Assembly (NCBI GenBank): GCA_964016885.1
Contig: OZ024744.1
Location: 16,864,001 to 16,928,000, forward strand
Length of the DNA stretch: 64,000 bases
Source of the DNA: Eledone cirrhosa
Taxonomy: Eukaryota
Direction: 5' to 3'
Shown: positions 12,701 through 27,700 of the stretch, piece after piece
How the letters are laid out: each line of letters begins with the position of its first letter
How positions within the stretch are numbered: position 1 is the stretch's first letter
The notes under the pieces: model-generated
The model's input: only the letters and a program-made list of their open reading frames with translations
Told to the model about the DNA's origin: nothing
Database searches by the model: none
Made by a program: the position numbers and the translations under genes

Positions 12701-15700
12701 TGTATACAGTGATTATATTGGTAGATGCTCTCCTCTAGTACTTCTGTAGCTGTACAATCGTGTATACAGTGACTACATTGGTAGATGTTCCCCTCTAGTA
12801 CTAATGTAGCTGTACAGTCCTGGATATAGTGACTACATTGGTAGATGCTCTACTTTAGTACTACTGTAGCTGTACAGACCTGTATACAGTGACTACATTG
12901 GTAGATGTTCTCCTCTTGTACTACTGTATCTCTACAGTCCTGTATACAGTGACTACACTGGTAGATGTTCTGCTGTAGTACTACTGTAGCTATACAGTCC
13001 TGTATAGAGTGACTACATTGGTAGATGTTCTCCTCTAGTACTTCTGTAGCTGTACAAACCTGTATACAGTGACTACATATGTAGATGCTCTCCTCTAGTA
13101 CTACTGTAGCTGTACAGTCCTGTATACAGTGACTACATTGGTAGATGTTCCCCTCTAGTACTACTGTAGTGTACAGTCCTGTATACAGTGACTATATTGG
13201 TAGATGTTCTCCTCTAGTACAACAGTGGCTGTAGAGTCCTGTATACAGTAACTACATTGGTAGATGCTCCCCTCTAGTACTACTGTAGCTGTACGGATTG
13301 TGTATACAGTGACTACATTGGTAGATGCACTCCTCTAGTACTACTGTAGCTCTACAGTCCTGTATACAATGACTACATTGATAGATGTTCTCCTCTAGTA
13401 CTGCTGTATCTTTACAGTCCTGTATACAGTGACTACATTGGTAGATGTTCTCCTCTAGTACTTCTGTAGCTGTACTAACCTGTATACAGTGACTACATAT
13501 GTAGATGCTCTCCTCTAGTACTACTGTAGCTGTACAGTCCTGTATACAGTGACTACATTGGTAGATGTTCTCCTCTAGTACTACTGTAACTGTACAGTGC
13601 TGTATAAAGTGACTACATTGGTAGATGTTCTCCTCTAGTACAACAGTGGCTGTACAGTCCTGTATACAGTGACTACATTGGTAGATGTACTCCTCTAGTA
13701 CTAGTGTAGCTGTATAGTCCTGTATACAGTGACTACATTGGTAGACGTTCTCCTCTAGAACTACTGTAGCTGTACAGTCCTGGATATAGTGACTACATTG
13801 TTAGATGCTCTACTTTAGTACCACTGTGGCTGTACAGTCCTGTATACAGTGACTACATTGGTAGATGTTCTCCTCTAGTACTGCTATAGCTGTACAGTCC
13901 TGTATAAAGTGACTACATTGGTAGATGTACTCCTCTAGTACTACTGCAGCTGTACAGTCCTGTATACAGTGACTACATTGGAAGATGTTCTCCTCTAGTA
14001 CTACTGTATCTCTACAGTCCTGTATACAGTGACTACATTGGTAGATACTCTACTCTTGTACAACATTGGCTGTACAGTCCTGTATACAGTGACTACATTG
14101 GTAGATGTTCTCCTCTAGTACTACTCTAGCTGTACAGTCCTGTATAGAGTGACTACATTGGTAGATGCTCTCCTCTAGTACTACTGTAGCTGTACAGTCC
14201 TGTATACAGTGTCTATATTGGTAGATGTTTCCCTCTAGTACTACTGTAGCCCTACAGTCCTGTACACAGTGACTACATTGGTAGATGCTCTCCTCTAGAA
14301 CTACTGTAGCTGTACAGTGCTGTATACAGTGACTACATTGGTAGATGCTCTCCTCTAGTACTACTGTAGCTGTACAGTCGTGTATACAATGATTACATTG
14401 CTAGATGTTCTCCTCTAGTACTACTGTAGCTGTACAGTCCTGTATACAGTGAGTACATTGGTAGATGCACTCCTCTAGTACTACTGTAGCTCTACAGTCC
14501 TGTATACAGTGACTACATTGGTAGATGTTCTCCTCTAGTATTACTGTAGCTGTACAGTCCTGTATATAGTGACTACATTGGTAGATGTTCTCCTCTAGTA
14601 CTACTGTAGCTGTACAGTTCTGTATACAGTGACTACATTGGTAGAAGTTCTCCTTTAGTACTACTGTAGCTGTACAGTCCTGTATACAGCAACTGCATTG
14701 GTAGATGCACTCCTCTAGTACTACTGTAGATGTACAGTTCTGTATAGAGTGAGTACGTTGGTAGTTCTTCACCTCTAGTACTACTGTAGCTGTACAGTCC
14801 TGTATACAGTGACTACATTGGTAGATGTCCTCCTCTAGGGCTACTGTAGCTGTATAGTCCTGTATACAGTGAAATAGAGGTAGAATCTCTCCTCTAGTAT
14901 TAGTGTAGCTGTACAGTCCTGTATAGAGTGACTACATTGGTAGATACACTCCTCCAGTACTACTGTAGCTGTACAGTCATGTATACAGCAACTACATTGG
15001 TAGATGTTCTCCTCTAGTACTACTGTATCTCTACAGTCCTGTATACAGTGACTACATTAGTAGATACTCTACTCTAGTACAACATTGGCTGTACAGTCCT
15101 GTATACAGTGACTACATTGGTAGATGTTCTCCTCTAGTACTACTCTAGTTGTACAGTCCTGTATAGAGTGACTACATTGGTAGATGCTCTCCTCTAGTAC
15201 TACTGTAGCTGTACATTCCTGTATAAAGTGAGTACATTGGTAGATGTTCTCCTCTAGTACTACTGTAGCTGTACAGTCCTGTATACAGTGAGTACATTGG
15301 TAGATGCACTCCTCTAGTACTACTGGAGCTCTACAGTCCTGTATACAATGACTACATTGATAGATGTTCTCCTCTAGTACTACTGTATCTGTACAGTCCT
15401 GTATACAGTGACTACATTGGTAGATGTTCTCCTCTAGTACTACTGTAGCTGTACAGTCCTGTATACAGTGACTACATTGATAGATGCTCTCCTCTAGTAC
15501 TACTGTAGCTGTACAGTCCTGTATACAGTGACTACATTGGTAGATGTTCCCCTCTAGTACTACTGTAGCTGTACAGTCCTGTATACAGTAACTATATTGG
15601 TAGATGTTCTCCTCTAGTACAACAGTGGCTGTAGAGTCCTGTATACAGTGACTACATTGGTAGATGTTCCCCTCTAGTACTACTGTAGCTGTACAGTCCT

Positions 15701-18700
15701 GTATACAGTAACTACATTGGTAGATGCTCCCCTCTAGTACTACTGTAGCTGTACGGATTGTGTATACAGTGACTACATTGGTAGATGCACTCCTCTAGTA
15801 CTACTGTAGCTCTACAGTCCTGTATACAATGACTACATTGATAGATGTTCTCCTCTAGTACTACTGTATCTTTACAGTCCTGTATACAGTGACTACATTG
15901 GTAGATGTTCTCCTCTAGTACTACTGTAGCTGTACAAACCTGTATACAGTGACTACATATGTAGATGCTCTCCTCTAGTACTACTGTAGCTGTACAGTCC
16001 TGTATACAGTGACTACATTGGTAGATGTTCTCCTCTAGTACTACTGTAACTGTACAGTCCTGTATAAAGTGACTACATTGGTAGATGTTCTCCTCTAGTA
16101 CAACAGTGGCTGTACAGTCCTGTATACAGTGACTACATTGGTAGATGTTCTCCTCTAGTACTCGTGTAGCTGTATAGTCCTGTATACAGTGACTACATTG
16201 GTAGATGTTCTCCTCTAGAACTACTGTAGCTGTACAGTCCTGGATATAGTGACTACATTGTTAGATGCTCTACTTTAGTACTACTATAGCTGTACAGTCC
16301 TGTATACAGTGACTACATTGGTAGATGTACTCCTCTAGTACTACTGCAGCTGTACAGTCCTGTATACAGTGACTACATTGGGAGATGTTCTCCTCTAGTA
16401 CTACTGTATCTCTTCAGTCCTGTATACAGTGACTACATTGGTAGATACTCTACTCTAGTACAACATTGGCTGTACAGTCCTGTATACAGTGACTACATTG
16501 GTAGATGTTCTCCTCTAGTACTACTCTAGCTGTACAGTCCTGTATAGAGTGACTACATTGGTAGATGCTCTCCTCTAGAACTACTGTAGCTGTACAGTCC
16601 TGTATACAGTGACTACATTGGTAGATGCTCTCCTCTAGTACTACTGTAGCTCTACAGTCGTGTATACAGTGATTACATTGCTAGATGTTCTCCTCTAGTA
16701 CTACTGTAGCTGTACAGTCCTGTATACAGTGAGTACATTGGTAGATGCACTCCTCTAGTACTACTGTAGCTCTACAGTCCTGTATACAGTGACTACATTG
16801 GTAGATGCACTCCTCTAGTACTACTGTAGCTGTACAGTTCTGTATAGAGTGAGTACGTTGGTAGTTGTTCACCTCTAGGGCTACTGTAGCTGTATAGTCC
16901 TGTATACAGTGAAACAGTGGTAGATGCTCTCCTCTAGTACTCCATGAAGCTGTACAGTCGTGTTAACAGTGACTACATTGGTAGAATCTCCCCTCTAGTA
17001 TTAGTGTAGCTGTACAGTCCTGTATAGAGTGACTACATTGGTAGATACACTCCTCCAGTACTACTGTAGCTGTACAGTCATGTATACAGCAACTACATTG
17101 GTAGATGTTCTCCTCTAGTACTACTGCAGCTGTACAGTCCTTTTTACAGTGACTACATTGGTAGATGCTCACCTCTAGTACTACAGTAGCTGTACAGTCC
17201 TGTATACAGTGACTACATTGGTAGATGTTCTCCTCTTGTACTACTGTAGCTGTACAGTCCTGTTTACAGTGACTACATTGGTAGATGCTCTCCTCTAGTA
17301 CTACTGTAGTTGTACAGTCCTGTATACAGTGACTACATTGGAAGATGTACTCCTCTAGTACTACTGTATCTGTACAGTCCTGTATACAGTGACTACATTG
17401 GTAGATGTTCTCCTCTAGTACAACAGTGGCTGTAGAGTCCTGTATACAGTGACTACATTGTTAGATGTTCTCCTCTAGGACTACTGTAGCTGTATAGTCC
17501 TGTATAGAGTGACTACATTGGTAGATTTCTTCTCTAGAACTACTGTATCTCTACAGTCCTGTATACAGTGACTACATTGGTAGATGCTCCCTTCTAGTAC
17601 TATTGTAGTTGTACAGATTGTGTATACAGTGACTACATTGGTAGATGCTCTCCTCTAGTACTACTGTAGCTGTACAGTCCTGTATACAGTGACTACATTG
17701 GTAGATGCTCTTCTCTAGTACTACTGTAGTTATACAGGCCTTTATACAGTGACTACATTGGTAGATGCTCTCCTCTAGTACTACTGTAGCTGTACAGTCC
17801 TCTATACAGTGAGTACATTGGTAGACGTTCCCCTCTAGTACTACTATAGCTGTACAGTCCTGTATACAGTGACTACATTGGTAGATGTACTCCTCTAGTA
17901 CTACTGCAGCTGTACAGTCCTGTATACAGTGACTACAGTGGGAGATGTTCTCCTCTAGTACTACTGTATCTCTACAGTCCTGTATACAGTGACTACATTG
18001 TTAGATACTCTACACTAGTACAACATTGGCTGTACAGTCCTGTATACAGTGACTACATTGGTAGATGTTCTCCTCTAGTACTACTCTAGCTGTAAAGTTC
18101 TGTATAGAGTGACTACATTGGTAGATGCTCTCCTCTAGTATTACTGTAGCTGTACAGTCCTGTATACAGTGTCTATATTGGTAGATGTTTCCCTCTAGTA
18201 CTACTGTAGCCCTACAGTCCTGTACACAGTGACTACATTGGTAGATGCTCTCCTCTAGAACTACAGTAGCTGTACAGTCCTGTATACAGTGACTACATTG
18301 GTAGATGCTCTCCTCTAGTACTACTGTAGCTGTACAGTCGTGTATACAGTGATTACATTGCTAGATGTTCCCCTCTAGTACTACTGTAGTGTACAGTCCT
18401 GTATACAGTGACTATATTGGTAGATGTTCTCCTCTAGTACAACAGTGGCTGTAGAGTCCTGTATACAGTAACTACATTGGTAGATGCTCCCCTCTAGTAC
18501 TACTGTAGCTGTACGGATTGTGTATACAGTGACTACATTGGTAGATGCACTCCTCTAGTACTACTGTAGCTCTACAGTCCTGTATACAATGACTACATTG
18601 ATAGATGTTCTCCTCTAGTACTGCTGTATCTTTACAGTCCTGTATACAGTGACTACATTGGTAGATGTTCTCCTCTAGTACTTCTGTAGCTGTACTAACC

Positions 18701-21700
18701 TGTATACAGTGACTACATATGTAGATGCTCTCCTCTAGTACTACTGTAGCTGTACAGTCCTGTATACAGTGACTACATTGGTAGATGTTCTCCTCTAGTA
18801 CTACTGTAACTGTACAGTGCTGTATAAAGTGACTACATTGGTAGATGTTCTCCTCTAGTACAACAGTGGCTGTACAGTCCTGTATACAGTGACTACATTG
18901 GTAGATGTACTCCTCTAGTACTAGTGTAGCTGTATAGTCCTGTATACAGTGACTACATTGGTAGACGTTCTCCTCTAGAACTACTGTAGCTGTACAGTCC
19001 TGGATATAGTGACTACATTGTTAGATGCTCTACTTTAGTACCACTGTGGCTGTACAGTCCTGTATACAGTGACTACATTGGTAGATGTTCTCCTCTAGTA
19101 CTGCTATAGCTGTACAGTCCTGTATAAAGTGACTACATTGGTAGATGTACTCCTCTAGTACTACTGCAGCTGTACAGTCCTGTATACAGTGACTACATTG
19201 GAAGATGTTCTCCTCTAGTACTACTGTATCTCTACAGTCCTGTATACAGTGACTACATTGGTAGATACTCTACTCTTGTACAACATTGGCTGTACAGTCC
19301 TGTATACAGTGACTACATTGGTAGATGTTCTCCTCTAGTACTACTCTAGCTGTACAGTCCTGTATAGAGTGACTACATTGGTAGATGCTCTCCTCTAGTA
19401 CTACTGTAGCTGTACAGTCCTGTATACAGTGTCTATATTGGTAGATGTTTCCCTCTAGTACTACTGTAGCCCTACAGTCCTGTACACAGTGACTACATTG
19501 GTAGATGCTCTCCTCTAGAACTACTGTAGCTGTACAGTGCTGTATACAGTGACTACATTGGTAGATGCTCTCCTCTAGTACTACTGTAGCTGTACAGTCG
19601 TGTATACAGTGATTACATTGCTAGATGTTCTCCTCTAGTACTACTGTAGCTGTACAGTCCTGTATACAGTGAGTACATTGGTAGATGCACTCCTCTAGTA
19701 CTACTGTAGCTCTACAGTCCTGTATACAGTGACTACATTGGTAGATGTTCTCCTCTAGTATTACTGTAGCTGTACAGTCCTGTATATAGTGACTACATTG
19801 GTAGATGTTCTCCTCTAGTACTACTGTAGCTGTACAGTTCTGTATACAGTGACTACATTGGTAGAAGTTCTCCTTTAGTACTACTGTAGCTCTACAGTCC
19901 TGTATACAATGACTACATTGATAGATGTTCTCCTCTAGTACTACTGTATCTTTACAGTCCTGTATACAGTGACTACATTGGTAGATGTTCTCCTCTAGTA
20001 CTTCTGTAGCTGTACTAACCTGTATACAGTGACTACATATGTAGATGCTCTCCTCTAGTACTACTGTAGCTGTACAGTCCTGTATACAGTGACTACATTG
20101 GTAGATGTTCTCCTCTAGTACTACTGTAACTGTACAGTGCTGTATAAAGTGACTACATTGGTAGATGTTCTCCTCTAGTACAACAGTGGCTGTACAGTCC
20201 TGTATACAGTGACTACATTGGTAGATGTACTCCTCTAGTACTAGTGTAGCTGTATAGTCCTGTATACAGTGACTACATTGGTAGACGTTCTCCTCTAGAA
20301 CTACTGTAGCTGTACAGTCCTGGATATAGTGACTACATTGTTAGATGCTCTACTTTAGTACCACTGTGGCTGTACAGTCCTGTATACAGTGACTACATTG
20401 GTAGATGTTCTCCTCTAGTACTGCTATAGCTGTACAGTCCTGTATAAAGTGACTACATTGGTAGATGTACTCCTCTAGTACTACTGCAGCTGTACAGTCC
20501 TGTATACAGTGACTACATTGGAAGATGTTCTCCTCTAGTACTACTGTATCTCTACAGTCCTGTATACAGTGACTACATTGGTAGATACTCTACTCTTGTA
20601 CAACATTGGCTGTACAGTCCTGTATACAGTGACTACATTGGTAGATGTTCTCCTCTAGTACTACTCTAGCTGTACAGTCCTGTATAGAGTGACTACATTG
20701 GTAGATGCTCTCCTCTAGTACTACTGTAGCTGTACAGTCCTGTATACAGTGTCTATATTGGTAGATGTTTCCCTCTAGTACTACTGTAGCCCTACAGTCC
20801 TGTACACAGTGACTACATTGGTAGATGCTCTCCTCTAGAACTACTGTAGCTGTACAGTGCTGTATACAGTGACTACATTGGTAGATGCTCTCCTCTAGTA
20901 CTACTGTAGCTGTACAGTCGTGTATACAGTGATTACATTGCTAGATGTTCTCCTCTAGTACTACTGTAGCTGTACAGTCCTGTATACAGTGAGTACATTG
21001 GTAGATGCACTCCTCTAGTACTACTGTAGCTCTACAGTCCTGTATACAGTGACTACATTGGTAGATGTTCTCCTCTAGTATTACTGTAGCTGTACAGTCC
21101 TGTATATAGTGACTACATTGGTAGATGTTCTCCTCTAGTACTACTGTAGCTGTACAGTTCTGTATACAGTGACTACATTGGTAGAAGTTCTCCTTTAGTA
21201 CTACTGTAGCTGTACAGTCCTGTATACAGCAACTGCATTGGTAGATTCACTCCTCTAGTACTACTGTAGATGTACAGTTCTGTATAGAGTGAGTACGTTG
21301 GTAGTTCTTCACCTCTAGTACTACTGTAGCTGTACAGTCCTGTATACAGTGACTACATTGGTAGATGTCCTCCTCTAGGGCTACTGTAGCTGTATAGTCC
21401 TGTATACAGTGAAATAGAGGTAGAATCTCTCCTCTAGTATTAGTGTAGCTGTACAGTCCTGTATAGAGTGACTACATTGGTAGATACACTCCTCCAGTAC
21501 TACTGTAGCTGTACAGTCATGTATACAGCAACTACATTGGTAGATGTTCTCCTCTAGTACTACTGTATCTCTACAGTCCTGTATACAGTGACTACATTAG
21601 TAGATACTCTACTCTAGTACAACATTGGCTGTACAGTCCTGTATACAGTGACTACATTGGTAGATGTTCTCCTCTAGTACTACTCTAGTTGTACAGTCCT

Positions 21701-24700
21701 GTATAGAGTGACTACATTGGTAGATGCTCTCCTCTAGTACTACTGTAGCTGTACATTCCTGTATAAAGTGAGTACATTGGTAGATGTTCTCCTCTAGTAC
21801 TACTGTAGCTGTACAGTCCTGTATACAGTGAGTACATTGGTAGATGCACTCCTCTAGTACTACTGGAGCGCTACAGTCCTGTATACAATGACTACATTGA
21901 TAGATGTTCTCCTCTAGTACTACTGTATCTGTACAGTCCTGTATACAGTGACTACATTGGTAGATGTTCTCCTCTAGTACTACTGTAGCTGTACAGTCCT
22001 GTATACAGTGACTACATTGATAGATGCTCTCCTCTAGTACTACTGTAGCTGTACAGTCCTGTATACAGTGACTACATTGGTAGATGTTCCCCTCTAGTAC
22101 TACTGTAGCTGTACAGTCCTGTATACAGTAACTATATTGGTAGATGTTCTCCTCTAGTACAACAGTGGCTGTAGAGTCCTGTATACAGTGACTACATTGG
22201 TAGATGTTCCCCTCTAGTACTACTGTAGCTGTACAGTCCTGTATACAGTAACTACATTGGTAGATGCTCCCCTCTAGTACTACTGTAGCTGTACGGATTG
22301 TGTATACAGTGACTACATTGGTAGATGCACTCCTCTAGTACTACTGTAGCTCTACAGTCCTGTATACAATGACTACATTGATAGATGTTCTCCTCTAGTA
22401 CTACTGTATCTTTACAGTCCTGTATACAGTGACTACATTGGTAGATGTTCTCCTCTAGTACTACTGTAGCTGTACAAACCTGTATACAGTGACTACATAT
22501 GTAGATGCTCTCCTCTAGTACTACTGTAGCTGTACAGTCCTGTATACAGTGACTACATTGGTAGATGTTCTCCTCTAGTACTACTGTAACTGTACAGTCC
22601 TGTATAAAGTGACTACATTGGTAGATGTTCTCCTCTAGTACAACGGTGGCTCTACAGTCCTGTATACAGTGACTACATTGGTAGATGTTCTCCTCTAGTA
22701 CTCGTGTAGCTGTATAGTCCTGTATACAGTGACTACATTGGTAGATGTTCTCCTCTAGAACTACTGTAGCTGTACAGTCCTGGATATAGTGACTACATTG
22801 TTAGATGCTCTACTTTAGTACTACTATAGCTGTACAGTCCTGTATACAGTGACTACATTGGTAGATGTACTCCTCTAGTACTACTGCAGCTGTACAGTCC
22901 TGTATACAGTGACTACATTGGGAGATGTTCTCCTCTAGTACTACTGTATCTCTTCAGTCCTGTATACAGTGACTACATTGGTAGATAATCTACTCTAGTA
23001 CAACATTGGCTGTACAGTCCTGTATACAGTGACTACATTGGTAGATGTTCTCCTCTAGTACTACTCTAGCTGTACAGTCCTGTATAGAGTGACTACATTG
23101 GTAGATGCTCTCCTCTAGAACTACTGTAGCTGTACAGTCCTGTATACAGTGACTACATTGGTAGATGCTCTCCTCTAGTACTACTGTAGCTCTACAGTCG
23201 TGTATACAGTGATTACATTGCTAGATGTTCTCCTCTAGTACTACTGTAGCTGTACAGTCCTGTATACAGTGAGTACATTGGTAGATGCACTCCTCTAGTA
23301 CTACTGTAGCTCTACAGTCCTGTATACAGTGACTACATTGGTAGATGCACTCCTCTAGTACTACTGTAGCTGTACAGTTCTGTATAGAGTGAGTACGTTG
23401 GTAGTTGTTCACCTCTAGGGCTACTGTAGCTGTATAGTCCTGTATACAGTGAAACAGTGGTAGATGCTCTCCTCTAGTACTCCATGAAGCTGTACAGTCG
23501 TGTTAACAGTGACTACATTGGTAGAATCTCCCCTCTAGTATTAGTGTAGCTGTACAGTCCTGTATAGAGTGACTACATTGGTAGATACACTCCTCCAGTA
23601 CTACTGTAGCTGTACAGTCATGTATACAGCAACTACATTGGTAGATGTTCTCCTCTAGTACTACTGCAGCTGTACAGTCCTTTTTACAGTGACTACATTG
23701 GTAGATGCTCACCTCTAGTACTACAGTAGCTGTACAGTCCTGTATACAGTGACTACATTGGTAGATGTTCTCCTCTTGTACTACTGTAGCTGTACAGTCC
23801 TGTTTACAGTGACTACATTGGTAGATGCTCTCCTCTAGTACTACTAAACCTGTACAGTCCTGTATACAGTGACTACATTGGAAGATGTACTCCTCTAGTA
23901 CTACTGTATCTGTACAGTCCTGTATACAGTGACTACATTGGTAGATGTTCTCCTCTAGTACAACAGTGGCTGTAGAGTCCTGTATACAGTGACTACATTG
24001 TTAGATGTTCTCCTCTAGGACTACTGTAGCTGTATAGTCCTGTATAGAGTGACTACATTGGTAGATTTCTTCTCTAGAACTACTGTATCTCTACAGTCCT
24101 GTATACAGTGACTACATTGGTAGATGCTCCCTTCTAGTACTATTGTAGTTGTACAGATTGTGTATACAGTGACTACATTGGTAGATGCTCTCCTCTAGTA
24201 CTACTGTAGCTGTACAGTCCTGTATACAGTGACTACATTGGTAGATGCTCTTCTCTAGTACTACTGTAGTTATACAGGCCTTTATACAGTGACTACATTG
24301 GTAGATGCTCTCCTCTAGTACTACTGTAGCTGTACAGTCCTCTATACAGTGAGTACATTGGTAGACGTTCCCCTCTAGTACTACTATAGCTGTACAGTCC
24401 TGTATACAGTGACTACATTGGTAGATGTACTCCTCTAGTACTACTGCAGCTGTACAGTCCTGTATACAGTGACTACAGTGGGAGATGTTCTCCTCTAGTA
24501 CTACTGTATCTCTACAGTCCTGTATACAGTGACTACATTGTTAGATACTCTACACTAGTACAACATTGGCTGTACAGTCCTGTATACAGTGACTACATTG
24601 GTAGATGTTCTCCTCTAGTACTACTCTAGCTGTAAAGTTCTGTATAGAGTGACTACATTGGTAGATGCTCTCCTCTAGTATTACTGTAGCTGTACAGTCC

Positions 24701-27700
24701 TGTATACAGTGTCTATATTGGTAGATGTTTCCCTCTAGTACTACTGTAGCCCTACAGTCCTGTACACAGTGACTACATTGGTAGATGCTCTCCTCTAGAA
24801 CTACAGTAGCTGTACAGTCCTGTATACAGTGACTACATTGGTAGATGCTCTCCTCTAGTACTACTGTAGCTGTACAGTCGTGTATACAGTGATTACATTG
24901 CTAGATGTTCCCCTCTAGTACTACTGTAGTGTACAGTCCTGTATACAGTGACTATATTGGTAGATGTTCTCCTCTAGTACAACAGTGGCTGTAGAGTCCT
25001 GTATACAGTAACTACATTGGTAGATGCTCCCCTCTAGTACTACTGTAGCTGTACGGATTGTGTATACAGTGACTACATTGGTAGATGCACTCCTCTAGTA
25101 CTACTGTAGCTCTACAGTCCTGTATACAATGACTACATTGATAGATGTTCTCCTCTAGTACTGCTGTATCTTTACAGTCCTGTATACAGTGACTACATTG
25201 GTAGATGTTCTCCTCTAGTACTTCTGTAGCTGTACTAACCTGTATACAGTGACTACATATGTAGATGCTCTCCTCTAGTACTACTGTAGCTGTACAGTCC
25301 TGTATACAGTGACTACATTGGTAGATGTTCTCCTCTAGTACTACTGTAACTGTACAGTGCTGTATAAAGTGACTACATTGGTAGATGTTCTCCTCTAGTA
25401 CAACAGTGGCTGTACAGTCCTGTATACAGTGACTACATTGGTAGATGTACTCCTCTAGTACTAGTGTAGCTGTATAGTCCTGTATACAGTGACTACATTG
25501 GTAGACGTTCTCCTCTAGAACTACTGTAGCTGTACAGTCCTGGATATAGTGACTACATTGTTAGATGCTCTACTTTAGTACCACTGTGGCTGTACAGTCC
25601 TGTATACAGTGACTACATTGGTAGATGTTCTCCTCTAGTACTGCTATAGCTGTACAGTCCTGTATAAAGTGACTACATTGGTAGATGTACTCCTCTAGTA
25701 CTACTGCAGCTGTACAGTCCTGTATACAGTGACTACATTGGAAGATGTTCTCCTCTAGTACTACTGTATCTCTACAGTCCTGTATACAGTGACTACATTG
25801 GTAGATACTCTACTCTTGTACAACATTGGCTGTACAGTCCTGTATACAGTGACTACATTGGTAGATGTTCTCCTCTAGTACTACTCTAGCTGTACAGTCC
25901 TGTATAGAGTGACTACATTGGTAGATGCTCTCCTCTAGTACTACTGTAGCTGTACAGTCCTGTATACAGTGTCTATATTGGTAGATGTTTCCCTCTAGTA
26001 CTACTGTAGCCCTACAGTCCTGTACACAGTGACTACATTGGTAGATGCTCTCCTCTAGAACTACTGTAGCTGTACAGTGCTGTATACAGTGACTACATTG
26101 GTAGATGCTCTCCTCTAGTACTACTGTAGCTGTACAGTCGTGTATACAGTGATTACATTGCTAGATGTTCTCCTCTAGTACTACTGTAGCTGTACAGTCC
26201 TGTATACAGTGAGTACATTGGTAGATGCACTCCTCTAGTACTACTGTAGCTCTACAGTCCTGTATACAGTGACTACATTGGTAGATGTTCTCCTCTAGTA
26301 TTACTGTAGCTGTACAGTCCTGTATATAGTGACTACATTGGTAGATGTTCTCCTCTAGTACTACTGTAGCTGTACAGTTCTGTATACAGTGACTACATTG
26401 GTAGAAGTTCTCCTTTAGTACTACTGTAGCTGTACAGTCCTGTATACAGCAACTGCATTGGTAGATGCACTCCTCTAGTACTACTGTAGATGTACAGTTC
26501 TGTATAGAGTGAGTACGTTGGTAGTTCTTCACCTCTAGTACTACTGTTGCTGTACAGTCCTGTATACAGTGACTACATTGGTAGATGTCCTCCTCTAGGG
26601 CTACTGTAGCTGTATAGTCCTGTATACAGTGAAATAGAGGTAGAATCTCTCCTCTAGTATTAGTGTAGCTGTACAGTCCTGTATAGAGTGACTACATTGG
26701 TAGATACACTCCTCCAGTACTACTGTAGCTGTACAGTCATGTATACAGCAACTACATTGGTAGATGTTCTCCTCTAGTACTACTGTATCTCTACAGTCCT
26801 GTATACAGTGACTACATTAGTAGATACTCTACTCTAGTACAACATTGGCTGTACAGTCCTGTATACAGTGACTACATTGGTAGATGTTCTCCTCTAGTAC
26901 TACTCTAGTTGTACAGTCCTGTATAGAGTGACTACATTGGTAGATGCTCTCCTCTAGTACTACTGTAGCTGTACATTCCTGTATAAAGTGAGTACATTGG
27001 TAGATGTTCTCCTCTAGTACTACTGTAGCTGTACAGTCCTGTATACAGTGAGTACATTGGTAGATGCACTCCTCTAGTACTACTGGAGCTCTACAGTCCT
27101 GTATACAATGACTACATTGATAGATGTTCTCCTCTAGTACTACTGTATCTGTACAGTCCTGTATACAGTGACTACATTGGTAGATGTTCTCCTCTAGTAC
27201 TACTGTAGCTGTACAGTCCTGTATACAGTGACTACATTGATAGATGCTCTCCTCTAGTACTACTGTAGCTGTACAGTCCTGTATACAGTGACTACATTGG
27301 TAGATGTTCCCCTCTAGTACTACTGTAGCTGTACAGTCCTGTATACAGTAACTATATTGGTAGATGTTCTCCTCTAGTACAACAGTGGCTGTAGAGTCCT
27401 GTATACAGTGACTACATTGGTAGATGTTCCCCTCTAGTACTACTGTAGCTGTACAGTCCTGTATACAGTAACTACATTGGTAGATGCTCCCCTCTAGTAC
27501 TACTGTAGCTGTACGGATTGTGTATACAGTGACTACATTGGTAGATGCACTCCTCTAGTACTACTGTAGCTCTACAGTCCTGTATACAATGACTACATTG
27601 ATAGATGTTCTCCTCTAGTACTACTGTATCTTTACAGTCCTGTATACAGTGACTACATTGGTAGATGTTCTCCTCTAGTACTACTGTAGCTGTACAAACC